From a bacterium BMS3Abin06 (lineage in GTDB: Bacteria; Nitrospirota; Thermodesulfovibrionia; UBA6902), in assembly GCA_002897895.1 (NCBI GenBank), contig BDSY01000027.1:4644-68643 (forward strand): a stretch of DNA of 64,000 nt, given 5' to 3'. A program made the position numbers and the translations under genes. The notes beneath the pieces are model-generated. The model saw nothing but the letters and a program-made list of their open reading frames with translations. It searched no databases and had not been told where the DNA came from. Numbering within the stretch: position 1 is the stretch's first letter; each line of letters starts with the position of its first letter. Positions 8,363 through 18,790 of the stretch are shown in pieces.

Positions 8363-10927
8363 ATGATATATTCAATTTTAGAACAGAAAAACATGGATGT
8401 TACATCAGAAGATGCGGGACCGTCGTCAGCCGAGGGTACTGATTATAACAATGTTATTGTCAAGAAGCCATGGGGATATGAGTACCTGGCTTTTGAGAAT
8501 GAACACGTAGCCATATGGATCCTTCAGCTTGTCCGTAAAAGAAAGACATCAATGCATTGCCACCCCAGAAAAAAGACTTCATTAATCCTCCTGCAGGGGC
8601 AGGCAGTATTTCATCATCTGGACGGCAATGTTTCTTTAGGGGACATGGATGGAGTTGTTATCAAAAATGGAGTTTTTCACTCGACAGAAGCTTATAATCC
8701 TCTGCCCATTACTCCACAATCCGAAAACGGAATATGGGTCATGGAGATTGAATCACCTCCTTATAAATCCGATCTTGTACGCATGCAGGATGCGTATGGA
8801 CGGGCAGGGACTGCTTATGAAGGATCGAGCCATATGGTGCAGGAACCCGAAAGTTACCTGCAGCTGCGGGTGCCGGATTCTTCAGAAGATCTAAAACAGA
8901 AGTTTTTTGACTGTATCTTTACTGTTCATAAAGGCGTCTTTGATAAAGAACTGCCGGCTGATGATGCTCTGATATCAGTGATTGCGCGCGGCGGGGAGAA
9001 TGGAAGTAAGAATCCGGCTTTTTCGGTAGGCGGGTTATCTGAATTCAGGGAATTCAGGAAGAGCGTGGAAAATGTGGACCTCGATGGATATGTTTTTTTG
9101 ATTATTGAAAAAGAGAAAAAGATCATGAGGACTGCTGACTATGTTTTTAACCGAATTGCCGAGTTAGGTGTGAAAGAAGTATTTGCAGTCTCGGGCGGCG
9201 GGGCCATGCATCTTGTGGATGCCGCAGGAAAAAACGAAGACATTAACTATGTCGCGGTCTACCATGAACAGGCAGCTGCCATGGCCGCGGAAGGATATGC
9301 ACGCATAACCGGTAAACCGGGAGTCACGCTCGTTACTTCAGGCCCTGGTGGTACGAATACCATTACCGGTCTCTGCGGGGCATGGATTGATTCAATACCG
9401 ACGATCTTTATTTCAGGACAGGTGACGACCAATACACTGCTGGAAGGGACCGGCCTCCGGCAGTTCGGCATTCAGGAATCAGACATTGTCAGTCTGGTTA
9501 AACCGGTCACAAAATACGCGGTGACAGTAAAAGATCCGGAGATGATCCGGTACCATATTGAAGAAGCGATCTATCATGCGACCAGTGGACGCCCCGGTCC
9601 TGTATGGCTGGACATCCCGCTTGATATTCAGAGCAGACTTATTAATCCCGATGAACTCAGACAGTTCAATCCCCATAGTAAATCTATCCGGGTAGTTTCG
9701 GATGATCTTAAGGGGAAGGTGTCTAAGTGTATAGATTTAATAAAGAAAGCTGAAAGGCCAGTTGTAATCAGTGGTTATGGGATAAGGCTTTCGCATGGAG
9801 AAGAGGAATTTATCCGGTTAGTTGAAATGATAGGGGCGCCTGTTATTTCTTCATGGACGAGCAGCGATTTAATCCCGTCCGATCATGATCTCTATATCGG
9901 GCGCAGCGGGATCATGGGAGACAGGGCCGGTAACTTTACTGTCCAGAATGCTGACCTGCTGCTGGTCATTGGATCAAGGATGTCGATCCCCCAGGTTGGT
10001 TACAACTTCAAGGTATTTGCACGGGAGGCCAAAAAGATAGTTGTAGACATTGACAGGGCCGAGCTTGAAAAGGAGTCGCTCCGGACTGACCTCCCGATCC
10101 AGAGTGACGCAAAGGAATTCATTGAGGAATTGATAAGACAGTTGGAAGAATCAGGCGCAGAGGCCGGATCTCGGAGCTGGCTTGATCAATGCAGAAAGTG
10201 GAAAGAGAAATATCCGGTTGTCCTGCCTGAATATGAAGGCAATGAAGATGCAGTGAACTCATTTTATTTCGTGGATCTGCTTTCGAAGAAGCTCGATAAG
10301 GATGCGGTCATTGTTACGGACATGGGGACAAGTTTTACCTGTACCATGCAGACATTCAAAATCAAAGCGGAGCAGAGGCTCTTTACTTCAAGCGGCCACG
10401 CATCCATGGGTTTCGGACTGCCAGGGGCAATAGGGGCATGCTTCGCGCACGGGAAGAAGACTATATGCATTAGCGGTGACGGAGGTCTCCAGATGAACAT
10501 CCAGGAATTTCAGACACTGGTCCAGTATAAACTGCCGGTCATCCTGTTTGTCTTGAATAATCAGGGGTATCTCACAATTAAATTAATGCAGCAAAATCAT
10601 TTTGGCAGATATGTTGGATCTGATCCGTCCAGCGGAGTCGGAACCCCGGATATTGTAAAGATTGCTCAGGCTTATGGAATTAAAGCGGATCGCATTGCAG
10701 ACCATAAAGAATTAAATCAGAAGATTGATTCCATCCTTGCGGAAGATGGCCCGTTTGTATGTGAGGTGATGATGCCGCCGGAACAGCAGTTGATTCCGAG
10801 GGTTTCTTCCCTGAAAAAACCTGACGGAACTATTATTTCAAAACCACTGGAAGATTTATACCCATTTCTGGACAGAGAAGAATTTCTGGAAAATATGATT
10901 GTGAAACCGGTGGAACCGCTAAAGTGA
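8363..10927 (+). CDS. Fusion of N-terminal cupin domain and ThDP-dependent acetolactate-synthase-like enzyme
   Basis: KPWGYEY...SMHCHP...FHST cupin. HEQAAAMAAEGY, TSGPGGTN, GRPGPVWLDIP, GDGGLQMN...NNQGY ThDP motif. Confidence 0.85.
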   Translation: MIYSILEQKNMDVTSEDAGPSSAEGTDYNNVIVKKPWGYEYLAFENEHVAIWILQLVRKRKTSMHCHPRKKTSLILLQGQAVFHHLDGNVSLGDMDGVVIKNGVFHSTEAYNPLPITPQSENGIWVMEIESPPYKSDLVRMQDAYGRAGTAYEGSSHMVQEPESYLQLRVPDSSEDLKQKFFDCIFTVHKGVFDKELPADDALISVIARGGENGSKNPAFSVGGLSEFREFRKSVENVDLDGYVFLIIEKEKKIMRTADYVFNRIAELGVKEVFAVSGGGAMHLVDAAGKNEDINYVAVYHEQAAAMAAEGYARITGKPGVTLVTSGPGGTNTITGLCGAWIDSIPTIFISGQVTTNTLLEGTGLRQFGIQESDIVSLVKPVTKYAVTVKDPEMIRYHIEEAIYHATSGRPGPVWLDIPLDIQSRLINPDELRQFNPHSKSIRVVSDDLKGKVSKCIDLIKKAERPVVISGYGIRLSHGEEEFIRLVEMIGAPVISSWTSSDLIPSDHDLYIGRSGIMGDRAGNFTVQNADLLLVIGSRMSIPQVGYNFKVFAREAKKIVVDIDRAELEKESLRTDLPIQSDAKEFIEELIRQLEESGAEAGSRSWLDQCRKWKEKYPVVLPEYEGNEDAVNSFYFVDLLSKKLDKDAVIVTDMGTSFTCTMQTFKIKAEQRLFTSSGHASMGFGLPGAIGACFAHGKKTICISGDGGLQMNIQEFQTLVQYKLPVILFVLNNQGYLTIKLMQQNHFGRYVGSDPSSGVGTPDIVKIAQAYGIKADRIADHKELNQKIDSILAEDGPFVCEVMMPPEQQLIPRVSSLKKPDGTIISKPLEDLYPFLDREEFLENMIVKPVEPLK

Positions 10928-12489
10928 CCATGACAACTAATGTAGAAAAATCTGTTTATGATGCCGTGATAGTAATGAATACTGAGCATGATCAAACAGC
11001 GATTGCAAAAGTCGACATTGAAGCAGGGGAAGCGATTACAGATAATGGTATTGTCATTGAAATCAGGAATTCTGTAAAAAAGGGGGAGAGGTTTGCGATC
11101 AGGGAGATCCCCCAGGGTGAATATGTCCGTCAGAATGGATATGCGTTTGGCCGGTCAAAGGGAATAGAAAAAGGTGAGATTATCTCTTCTCTCAATATTA
11201 TAAATATGATTCCTGATACTGACCTGGAAGAATACAGTGAACCGGCAGATACAGAATATAATGAAGAATTGTGCAGAAAGACATTTTCAGGTTATCCGCG
11301 AAAAGACGGTACGGCGGGGACAAGAAATTATTATTTAGTAATTCCTACATCAATGTGTGCCAGTGAAGTTGCTCTGCAGGTTGCATCATCTTTTGCAGAT
11401 AACGAGAATCTGCTGGAAAAATATTCGTCACTGGACGGCATTATTGCAATACCTCATACAGAGGGGTGCGGATGCGATTCGGAGATTTCGATCAGCAGGC
11501 TCATGAGGGTGCTGGCAGGGTATGCGCGCCACCCCAATGTCGGCGGATGTCTTATTATCGACCTTGGATGTGAACAGACTAATTACAGGGTGATGCATTC
11601 GTATATGGAGCAGGAGATCCCAAAAAATCTGAAGCCGATCGACTGGATTACCATTGAAGAGAACGGGGGTGTGGAGGCGTCGATAAAAAAAGCGCGGGAA
11701 ATAATCATCGGACAATTAAGAGAGCTTAATGAGAACAGAAGACAGGACTGTCCGATTGAAAAACTTGTCGTTGGCACGGAATGCGGGGCTTCGGATTCCT
11801 TCTCGGGTCTTACGGCCAACCCCCTGATAGGGAATGTAGCAGACAGAATCGTTTTGGGGAAAGGGATGGTCATCCTCTCCGAGATACCTGAACTGGTCGG
11901 GACTGAGCAGATGCTGCATTCACGGTTCAGCAATCTGAACGTGTCTAAGAAATTCCGGAACTTGATTAAATGGTATGAAGATCTTGCAGGTAAACTGGGT
12001 ATGACATTAGAATCCAATCTTGTTCCCAAAAATGTTGAAGGCGGATTATTTAATACGTATATAAAAAGTCTGGGCGCTGTGTTAAAAGGCGGGACAACAG
12101 TAATTGAAGATGTTGTTGATTATGGAGAACCTCTTGTGAAAAGCGGACTGAATATCATGCAGGGTCCGGGAGGTGACCTTGAATCCGTGACAGGCATGGT
12201 AGCGTCCGGGGCAAACATGGTCCTGTTTTCAACAGGGCAGGGCACCCCGACAGGAAATGCGATATGTCCGGTAATCAAGGTTGCATCCAACAGCGATGTT
12301 TTTTTGAAACTGAGTAATGATCTGGATTTTAACGGTGGTCGGCTGTTTGATGAGTATGAGACTATTGAATCATTAGGAGATGAACTGCTGAATATGGTCA
12401 TTGAAGTTGCGTCCGGAAAGCAGACGGCAGCCGAAAAATTGAAACAGCGGCAGTTTCAGATATGGACAGCGGGGAAGTTGCCATTGTGA
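10924..12489 (+). CDS. UxaA/GarD-family sugar-acid dehydratase with SAF domain
   Basis: GTRNY, HTEGCG, HPNVGG, GTECGASD, NPLIG, TGQGTPTG. Confidence 0.9.
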   Translation: MTMTTNVEKSVYDAVIVMNTEHDQTAIAKVDIEAGEAITDNGIVIEIRNSVKKGERFAIREIPQGEYVRQNGYAFGRSKGIEKGEIISSLNIINMIPDTDLEEYSEPADTEYNEELCRKTFSGYPRKDGTAGTRNYYLVIPTSMCASEVALQVASSFADNENLLEKYSSLDGIIAIPHTEGCGCDSEISISRLMRVLAGYARHPNVGGCLIIDLGCEQTNYRVMHSYMEQEIPKNLKPIDWITIEENGGVEASIKKAREIIIGQLRELNENRRQDCPIEKLVVGTECGASDSFSGLTANPLIGNVADRIVLGKGMVILSEIPELVGTEQMLHSRFSNLNVSKKFRNLIKWYEDLAGKLGMTLESNLVPKNVEGGLFNTYIKSLGAVLKGGTTVIEDVVDYGEPLVKSGLNIMQGPGGDLESVTGMVASGANMVLFSTGQGTPTGNAICPVIKVASNSDVFLKLSNDLDFNGGRLFDEYETIESLGDELLNMVIEVASGKQTAAEKLKQRQFQIWTAGKLPL

Positions 12490-12493
12490 AAAC

Positions 12494-12560
12494 AATTAAG
12501 AATTATGAATTACGAATGAAGGAAAAATAATTACGAATCAAAGATTCGTAATTCGTAATT
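12494..12560. repeat. AATTACG-type heptamer array with 11-bp hairpin
   Basis: aattaag-aattatg-aattacg-aat; aattacgaatc-aaa-gattcgtaatt-cgtaatt. Confidence 0.75.
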
Positions 12561-12579
12561 GATTTTAAAGGAGGTTGTT

Positions 12580-14022
12580 GTGTTAAGGAAACCGAACAAT
12601 CCGAATAATATTAATTTGACAAAGGAATCTCTTGTTACACCGAATCAGGATGAGATAATCAAGTATCACAGCCGCAAGGGGGCTTTTTATACCGCGTTTC
12701 CGTCCCCAGGTTTGTGGGAAGATAGTTTTCAGTATCCGCAGTACCGCGACTCTCTGAAAGATGTATATGGTACGGAGCCGGACCTGCCGACACAGTTTTA
12801 TGTCCATTTTCCGTTTTGTAAAACACAGTGCTGGTACTGCCAGTGCTTCCAGGTCGTCTCAAGAAACCAGGAGAAGATGGACCACTTTATGGAATATATG
12901 TTCAAGGAGATAGACCTGCATCTGGAGTTCTTTGAGCAGAATGGGATTAAACCGAATTTTAACGAGATCCATCTCGGGGGCGGGACACCTTCGTATATAT
13001 CCCCCCAAATGTTCGATAAGATGATCGCCAAATTGCGCACGTTTATCGATATTGATAATATTGAAGAATTTGCAATCGAGATAGACCCCCGTACAACTGA
13101 CAAGGAAAAACTTCAGGCTTATCGCGATGCAGGGATCAACCGCGTCTCTTTCGGGATACAGGACTTTGATCTGAAAGTACAGAAGGCGATCAACCGTGTC
13201 CAGCCGGTCGAAATGATCGAGGAGCTACTTGAGATGCGCCACCTGTTTAAGGGAGTCAATTTTGATCTGATTTATGGAATGCCGTTACAGACACGGGAGT
13301 CATTGCGGAAGACGTTAGAGACGGTCATGCGTCTGTCCCCGGACCGGATTGCCTTCAGTATCCTCGGGTACCGGCCGGATGTATTCCGGCATAACGCTAA
13401 TATCAATGCCGACGATATCCCGGGGTTTATCGAGAAGGCGTATATGTGGGAAGACTCGTTCCCGTTTTTCCTGGAGCATGGGTATGAGCGTGTCGGGATG
13501 GACCACTTTGCCAGGCCTGACGATGAATTGACCATTGCAAAGAACAATGAGGTACTGTTCCGAAATCAGATGGGCTACTCGCCCGGCCGGTTTGCGGACA
13601 ACCTGGGAATCGGCCCGTCCGGCATGAGCCGTCTTAAGAATTATTATACCTGCAACAGCTATAGTCTGGATGACTACAAAAAGATGATTGATGAAAAGAC
13701 ATTCCCGGTTATCAGAGGGATTACATTAAACAGGGACCTCGAAATCCGGCGGGATGTGATGAACAAGATCATGGTCTATTATCATGTTAATTTCACTTAT
13801 TTTAATCATCTCTACAATATTGAGTTTAAGGACTATTTCAAAAAAGAACTCGAAGCTATGCGGGAATTCGTGGAGATCGGGGCACTGGAGATCAATGAAG
13901 ACAGCTTTTCGATGACACCTTACGGCAATTTTTTCCTGCGGAACATCTGCATCATCTTCGATAACCTCGGTAAGGAATATAAACATAATATGGAAACAGG
14001 GGTAAAGATCGCTGCCTGTTAG
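12580..14022 (+). CDS. HemN-like (class C-type) radical SAM enzyme; probable GTG start 12580 after AAGGAGG
   Basis: YVHFPFCKTQCWYC, GGGTPS, EIDPR, NRVSFGIQD, DLIYGMP, GMDHFA; diverged FYTAFP and RNQMGY motifs. Confidence 0.85.
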   Translation: MLRKPNNPNNINLTKESLVTPNQDEIIKYHSRKGAFYTAFPSPGLWEDSFQYPQYRDSLKDVYGTEPDLPTQFYVHFPFCKTQCWYCQCFQVVSRNQEKMDHFMEYMFKEIDLHLEFFEQNGIKPNFNEIHLGGGTPSYISPQMFDKMIAKLRTFIDIDNIEEFAIEIDPRTTDKEKLQAYRDAGINRVSFGIQDFDLKVQKAINRVQPVEMIEELLEMRHLFKGVNFDLIYGMPLQTRESLRKTLETVMRLSPDRIAFSILGYRPDVFRHNANINADDIPGFIEKAYMWEDSFPFFLEHGYERVGMDHFARPDDELTIAKNNEVLFRNQMGYSPGRFADNLGIGPSGMSRLKNYYTCNSYSLDDYKKMIDEKTFPVIRGITLNRDLEIRRDVMNKIMVYYHVNFTYFNHLYNIEFKDYFKKELEAMREFVEIGALEINEDSFSMTPYGNFFLRNICIIFDNLGKEYKHNMETGVKIAAC

Positions 14023-14031
14023 GAGACGCGT

Positions 14032-14814
14032 ATGGGAAAAGTCCAGTTTGGCCTGGAAGATAAAGGCGTTCTCATTACAGGCGCCTCAAAAGGATTAGGG
14101 GCTGTATGCGCGGGTGCGCTGAGTGAAGAAGGGGCGCGTCTGGTCCTGATGGCCCGCTCAGGAGACAGGCTTGAAGAGGTGCGGAAGAATTGCAGGGACA
14201 GAGACAGACATTTGAGTATTGCCCTGGACCTGTGTGATATGCAGGCGCTTGAAAGTGCGGTGAAAAAAGCAGAGGAGTTTCTGGGTGATATTGATGTTGT
14301 CCTGCATGTTGCCGGCGGCGGCCTGGGTATGCGTGATCCATTGTTAAGTGCGGATGAGTTCTTTAAATTGTTTTCGCTTAATGTTGCCGCGTCTGTACAG
14401 ATCAATAAAATGGTTGCCCCTAAGATGATGGAAAGAAAACAGGGAAACCTCGTTCATGTCTGTTCCATTTCATCAAGTGAAGCAACCGGTTCTGTTGGTT
14501 ACAACACTGTCAAGGCGGCTCTGGCCGCATATGTGCGCTCTCTGGGACGGGAGATTGCGGGATCAGGTGTTGTGGCAACAGGTATCCTGCCCGGTGGTTT
14601 TTATGCGCCGGAAAATGCGTTTGCCCGATTGAAAGAAAGAAATCCGGAAGGGTTTAAAGACTTTGTTGAAAGACGTCTCCCACGCAAAGTTATCGGAAGA
14701 GCAGAAGAGCTTGTCCCGATGATACTTCTATTATCTTCTGAAGCAGCATCCATGATGGGCGGGTGTCTGGTCCCTATTGATGCAGGTGAAGGATTGAATT
14801 TTATAACGTCATGA
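14032..14814 (+). CDS. SDR-family oxidoreductase
   Basis: TGASKGLG, YNTVK (YxxxK). Confidence 0.9.
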   Translation: MGKVQFGLEDKGVLITGASKGLGAVCAGALSEEGARLVLMARSGDRLEEVRKNCRDRDRHLSIALDLCDMQALESAVKKAEEFLGDIDVVLHVAGGGLGMRDPLLSADEFFKLFSLNVAASVQINKMVAPKMMERKQGNLVHVCSISSSEATGSVGYNTVKAALAAYVRSLGREIAGSGVVATGILPGGFYAPENAFARLKERNPEGFKDFVERRLPRKVIGRAEELVPMILLLSSEAASMMGGCLVPIDAGEGLNFITS

Positions 14815-16694
14815 TAGAAACTGAAACAATGATCCCGGTGGTCAGTCACGAGAACGCTGAATTTGATAACAGCAAACTGGAAGCGTATGTACGGGAGCTG
14901 CGCCGGAAGTTTCATCTGAACAACCGGCTTCTTCTGGTGCAGACCCTTCAGTTTCAATTAGACGCGTTTAATATCGAGGTAGCACGTAATCGGGGATACT
15001 ATGCATATCCTCCGGCAGGGCTGCAGTGTTTAGTCAAGGCTTTGAAAGACCAGGGGCTTGAGATCGAGATACTGGACCTGAATTATGAACTGCTGAAAAG
15101 GGTTATCGAGGATGAAACATTTGATCATACGGATTGGCTCACTATTCTGGATGAAACACTTGAGCGGTTTGGGCCGACCATGGTGGGTGTAACCTGTATA
15201 GGAGTGGCCGCGCAATTATCAAAACCTTCACATCCTCTGACTGGTGTCCTGAGGCATCTTGCGGAAAAAAATAAATATGTACTTATGGCAGGTGGGCCGA
15301 TCGCGACTGATGAGAAGTATGGGTATCTTTTTGAAGAACTCTGTCATTTTGTTGTTGAGAGTGAAGGAGAAAATAAAATCAATGTTCTTATAGATCATCT
15401 TCTGGATAAAGAAGAGAAGCATAAGCCAACACCCGGTATCTGTTTTAAATATGAAGGTGAATTTGAACAGTCCCGGGGGGCGGAGGATAAAGTGAGAGTC
15501 GAAGGGAATTTGATTGATTATTACAAATACCCGATTGCTGATTATTGCAGGGCTGGTTCCCTGAATCCTTTTTCGAGAATGGCAGGGCAGGATGTGCCGT
15601 TTGCCTCGATCCAGTTGAACAGGGGGTGCCGCTCCAACTGCCGGTTTTGCGGAGTCACAAAGTTTATGGGACCCGGTGTGCGTCAGGCGCCGGTGCAAGC
15701 TGTTTATAATGAAATAGTTTATCTTGTAGAAGAGAAGGGCATCAGGCATTTTGAACTCCTTGATGATGATTTTTTCGGTCCGCCGGGACTTCGAGCAGGA
15801 GTTAATGAATTGTTGGGCAACATGTGTAAATTAAAGGAAACGTATGGCATAAGCTGGTCAGCCGGAAACGGTTTGATCGCAGGTTCTATTGATGACAATC
15901 TCATGCAGTTAATTCATGACTCGGGCTGCATAGGTTTTCGCATAGGGATCGAGTCGGGAAATACGGAGATCCTGGAAAAAATGCGCAAACCCGCATCTGT
16001 CAAATCTATAAAAACGTTTGCATCAAAGACAAAGGATTATCCGGACATGTTTGTGAGTGCGAATTATATTATCGGCTTATACGGTGAAGAGACCTTCGGA
16101 CAGATGATGGATACTTATCGCATGTCATGTGAACTGGACCTTGATTGGTCATCGTATTCGACATTTCAGTTTTCGAGCAAATCAACGAGCAGGATCGAGG
16201 GATTGAGAGATGATGATAAGGGCGCCACTGAATGTATTCCGAGCAAAGACAGTGTATCCCGTGAGATCACAAGGAAAGAAGGTCTCCTCTCTGGCGCTGA
16301 GATATTTAATATCCCGGAGGAGACGGTTCCTTCAAGGGAGCAGGTGATAGAGATATGGTACACCTTTAATTTCCTTTCGAATTATATCTATAACAAAAAC
16401 CTCAGACCCGGAGGGAACCACCGAAAACTCGTTTCATGGATAAAGGCTCTCCAGTTGACCTATCCGAATAACGCATATATGCCGCTTTTTACAGGATTGG
16501 GATATGTCCTCTGTAATGATCCGGAAAAGGCTAAAGAAGAGCTTGAGAAAACAAAAACAAATATAAGGCATTCAGAGGAAGCCGCGTCACGGTTCGCAGA
16601 GTTTCACCTGACAGGCCTGGTCGATGACTTTCCGTCTGAAAAGGAAGAAGTTTATCAGCGTCTGGAAGAAATTGGAAAGAGATTTCCTCATTGA
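14811..16694 (+). CDS. Cobalamin-binding radical SAM protein
   Basis: YPPAGLQCL, AGGPIAT, RGCRSNCRFC, LLDDDF, GIESGN. Confidence 0.85.
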   Translation: MIETETMIPVVSHENAEFDNSKLEAYVRELRRKFHLNNRLLLVQTLQFQLDAFNIEVARNRGYYAYPPAGLQCLVKALKDQGLEIEILDLNYELLKRVIEDETFDHTDWLTILDETLERFGPTMVGVTCIGVAAQLSKPSHPLTGVLRHLAEKNKYVLMAGGPIATDEKYGYLFEELCHFVVESEGENKINVLIDHLLDKEEKHKPTPGICFKYEGEFEQSRGAEDKVRVEGNLIDYYKYPIADYCRAGSLNPFSRMAGQDVPFASIQLNRGCRSNCRFCGVTKFMGPGVRQAPVQAVYNEIVYLVEEKGIRHFELLDDDFFGPPGLRAGVNELLGNMCKLKETYGISWSAGNGLIAGSIDDNLMQLIHDSGCIGFRIGIESGNTEILEKMRKPASVKSIKTFASKTKDYPDMFVSANYIIGLYGEETFGQMMDTYRMSCELDLDWSSYSTFQFSSKSTSRIEGLRDDDKGATECIPSKDSVSREITRKEGLLSGAEIFNIPEETVPSREQVIEIWYTFNFLSNYIYNKNLRPGGNHRKLVSWIKALQLTYPNNAYMPLFTGLGYVLCNDPEKAKEELEKTKTNIRHSEEAASRFAEFHLTGLVDDFPSEKEEVYQRLEEIGKRFPH

Positions 16695-16700
16695 GATAAT

Positions 16701-18770
16701 GTGATGAACGATAACAAAACAAAAAAAGGGATCTATATAGCTCAATTCGGGACAGGATCAACTATTAACCTTCTGCCTCTGGCTGCGGGGCTTCTCGTCT
16801 CACGTTTGAAAGAGGAGAAGGAGTTTTTAAAAAAATATCATCTTGGGGAGATTATTTTTCAAAGGCCGGATAACCCTGAAGAGTTCGTTGCGTCCCTCAG
16901 GGAAGTATTCGTAATGGGTTTATCATTTTCGCTCTGGAATATGAACATTAATTTTACCATTGCCGGAGAGGTAAGGAAAATGTTCCCTGATGCCTTAATT
17001 GTCGGGGGTGGTCCCTCGATTGCCAAGGACCCGGAACTGGTAGATGCCTTTTTTAAAGAACATCCTTATATTGATGTAATTGCGGCCGGGGAGGGTGAGG
17101 AAGCGTTTGTCTCTTTATGCAAACATCATGATGAGGGCAGGAGTTTTGACGATATACCGGGGATCATTTATCGTAACCGGAAAACAGGTGAAGTCCATTA
17201 CGGCCGGCCGGATGAGATACTGCAGATGGAGAAGCTGCCGTCTCCTTTTCTGGACGGGACGTTTGATGACCTGTATGAAAAGTACCATGATGTGTTCTCC
17301 GGAATGATCTGGGAAACCAACCGTGGATGTCCGTTTACATGCTCGTACTGCACGTGGGGTAACTATTCTTCAAGAAAGATACGGATGAATTCCATGGAGC
17401 GTATACGAAGCGAAGTGGAGTGGATCGGGAAAAATAATATCGGCTATATTGCTATGAGTGACGCGAATTTCGGAATTAAAGCACGCGATGTCGAGATAGC
17501 AGGCATGCTGGCTGAATGTAAGAAGAAGTATGGTGTGCCGAATTTCATCTCGGTCAGTTGGGTAAAGAATATAGCGGACAGGGTCCTTCAGATATCGGAT
17601 ATTTTAAAGACTGCCGGGATAGGGTTCCGGGTTACCATGGCGCTGCAGAGCCATAATGAAGATGTTGTTGAGGCGGTGAATCGAAAGAATGTAAAGAAGA
17701 GTACGTTCACCAGGATCAAGGACGTTTACCATTCGCAGAGGCTTTATTCCTATACTGAACTGATACTGGGTCTGCCGCTTGAGACGTATGAATCATTTGT
17801 TTCAGGAGTTGAGAAGAGTTTAAGTGAGAGTGTGTTTGATCAGGTCTATATTTACCCCTGTTTTCTTTTTCCGAACACGCAGCTTTCTTCCCCCCGGAGT
17901 ATTGAGCGGTACGGGATAAAGAGCAAAGAGACAGCCGGCGGATATACCAAAAGCAAGGGTTCTTCAAAGATCGGGGAGAAGATGGATATTGTTGTCGGGA
18001 CAGATGCCATGCCAATGGAAAAATGGGTTGATTCGTTTGTAGAAGGATATTTTATGACAGGGCTGCATGATGACCGCCTGGCTTTTTTTGTGTTCCAGTA
18101 TCTGAAGAAAACATTCGGGATAAAGGTGAAGAATATTATTGTGTTTATGCGCGGGAGAAGCTCGCCGGACAGAACACCGCTTATCAGCAGGGAGTTTAGA
18201 AGGATCGAAAGGACCGCAGAAAATGTCCAGTCTCACGGGGAGTCGCACCTAATGGAGCTTCCTGACTATGGCGGGATTATCTATGACTCGCCGGATGCAG
18301 TTTTTCTGGACCTGCTGTATAAACGCGATGCGTTCTATATAGAGATGCAATCGCTGGTTGAGATGTATCTTAATGAAGCGCAGGTGGGATTTGATCAGAC
18401 AAAGCTGGATGACCTGTTCATTTTTCAAAAGGCGGTCATGGCGCATCCGGACGGCCCTGGCGCTGACGCGGTCGATTTACAGTATGACTGGATAAAGTAT
18501 TTCCGGTTTGCCTTTAATTATGCTGAGGAACCTCTTCAGGAGAAGACAGACCGATTACAGATTATTGATACTGCTCCTTCTGATGGAGACGGAGAACAAT
18601 TCTTAAAGAACCATTTTAATGTGCGGGGTGAACCGGCATTTAATCTTTTGGTGGATGAAGATGGGACGATTGTGTTCCCGTCTGTTTTGATTACGCGTAC
18701 CGGTGGCAGGGAATATTCCGGGGAAGAAAGAAAGTTTAATGATAAAAGAGTAAAGGAACTTGTTGGATAG
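16701..18770 (+). CDS. Cobalamin-binding radical SAM protein with long C-terminal extension
   Basis: LPLAAGLL, VGGGPS, GEGEEAF, ETNRGCPFTCSYC, SDANFG, ELILGLPLET. Confidence 0.85.
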   Translation: MMNDNKTKKGIYIAQFGTGSTINLLPLAAGLLVSRLKEEKEFLKKYHLGEIIFQRPDNPEEFVASLREVFVMGLSFSLWNMNINFTIAGEVRKMFPDALIVGGGPSIAKDPELVDAFFKEHPYIDVIAAGEGEEAFVSLCKHHDEGRSFDDIPGIIYRNRKTGEVHYGRPDEILQMEKLPSPFLDGTFDDLYEKYHDVFSGMIWETNRGCPFTCSYCTWGNYSSRKIRMNSMERIRSEVEWIGKNNIGYIAMSDANFGIKARDVEIAGMLAECKKKYGVPNFISVSWVKNIADRVLQISDILKTAGIGFRVTMALQSHNEDVVEAVNRKNVKKSTFTRIKDVYHSQRLYSYTELILGLPLETYESFVSGVEKSLSESVFDQVYIYPCFLFPNTQLSSPRSIERYGIKSKETAGGYTKSKGSSKIGEKMDIVVGTDAMPMEKWVDSFVEGYFMTGLHDDRLAFFVFQYLKKTFGIKVKNIIVFMRGRSSPDRTPLISREFRRIERTAENVQSHGESHLMELPDYGGIIYDSPDAVFLDLLYKRDAFYIEMQSLVEMYLNEAQVGFDQTKLDDLFIFQKAVMAHPDGPGADAVDLQYDWIKYFRFAFNYAEEPLQEKTDRLQIIDTAPSDGDGEQFLKNHFNVRGEPAFNLLVDEDGTIVFPSVLITRTGGREYSGEERKFNDKRVKELVG

Positions 18771-18790
18771 TTTCCGGAGAGGGACCAGTA

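Noticed and set aside
12580-14022. Calling this gene hemN for heme synthesis
   Set aside because: Key motifs are altered and the context is a glycan locus; symbol withheld
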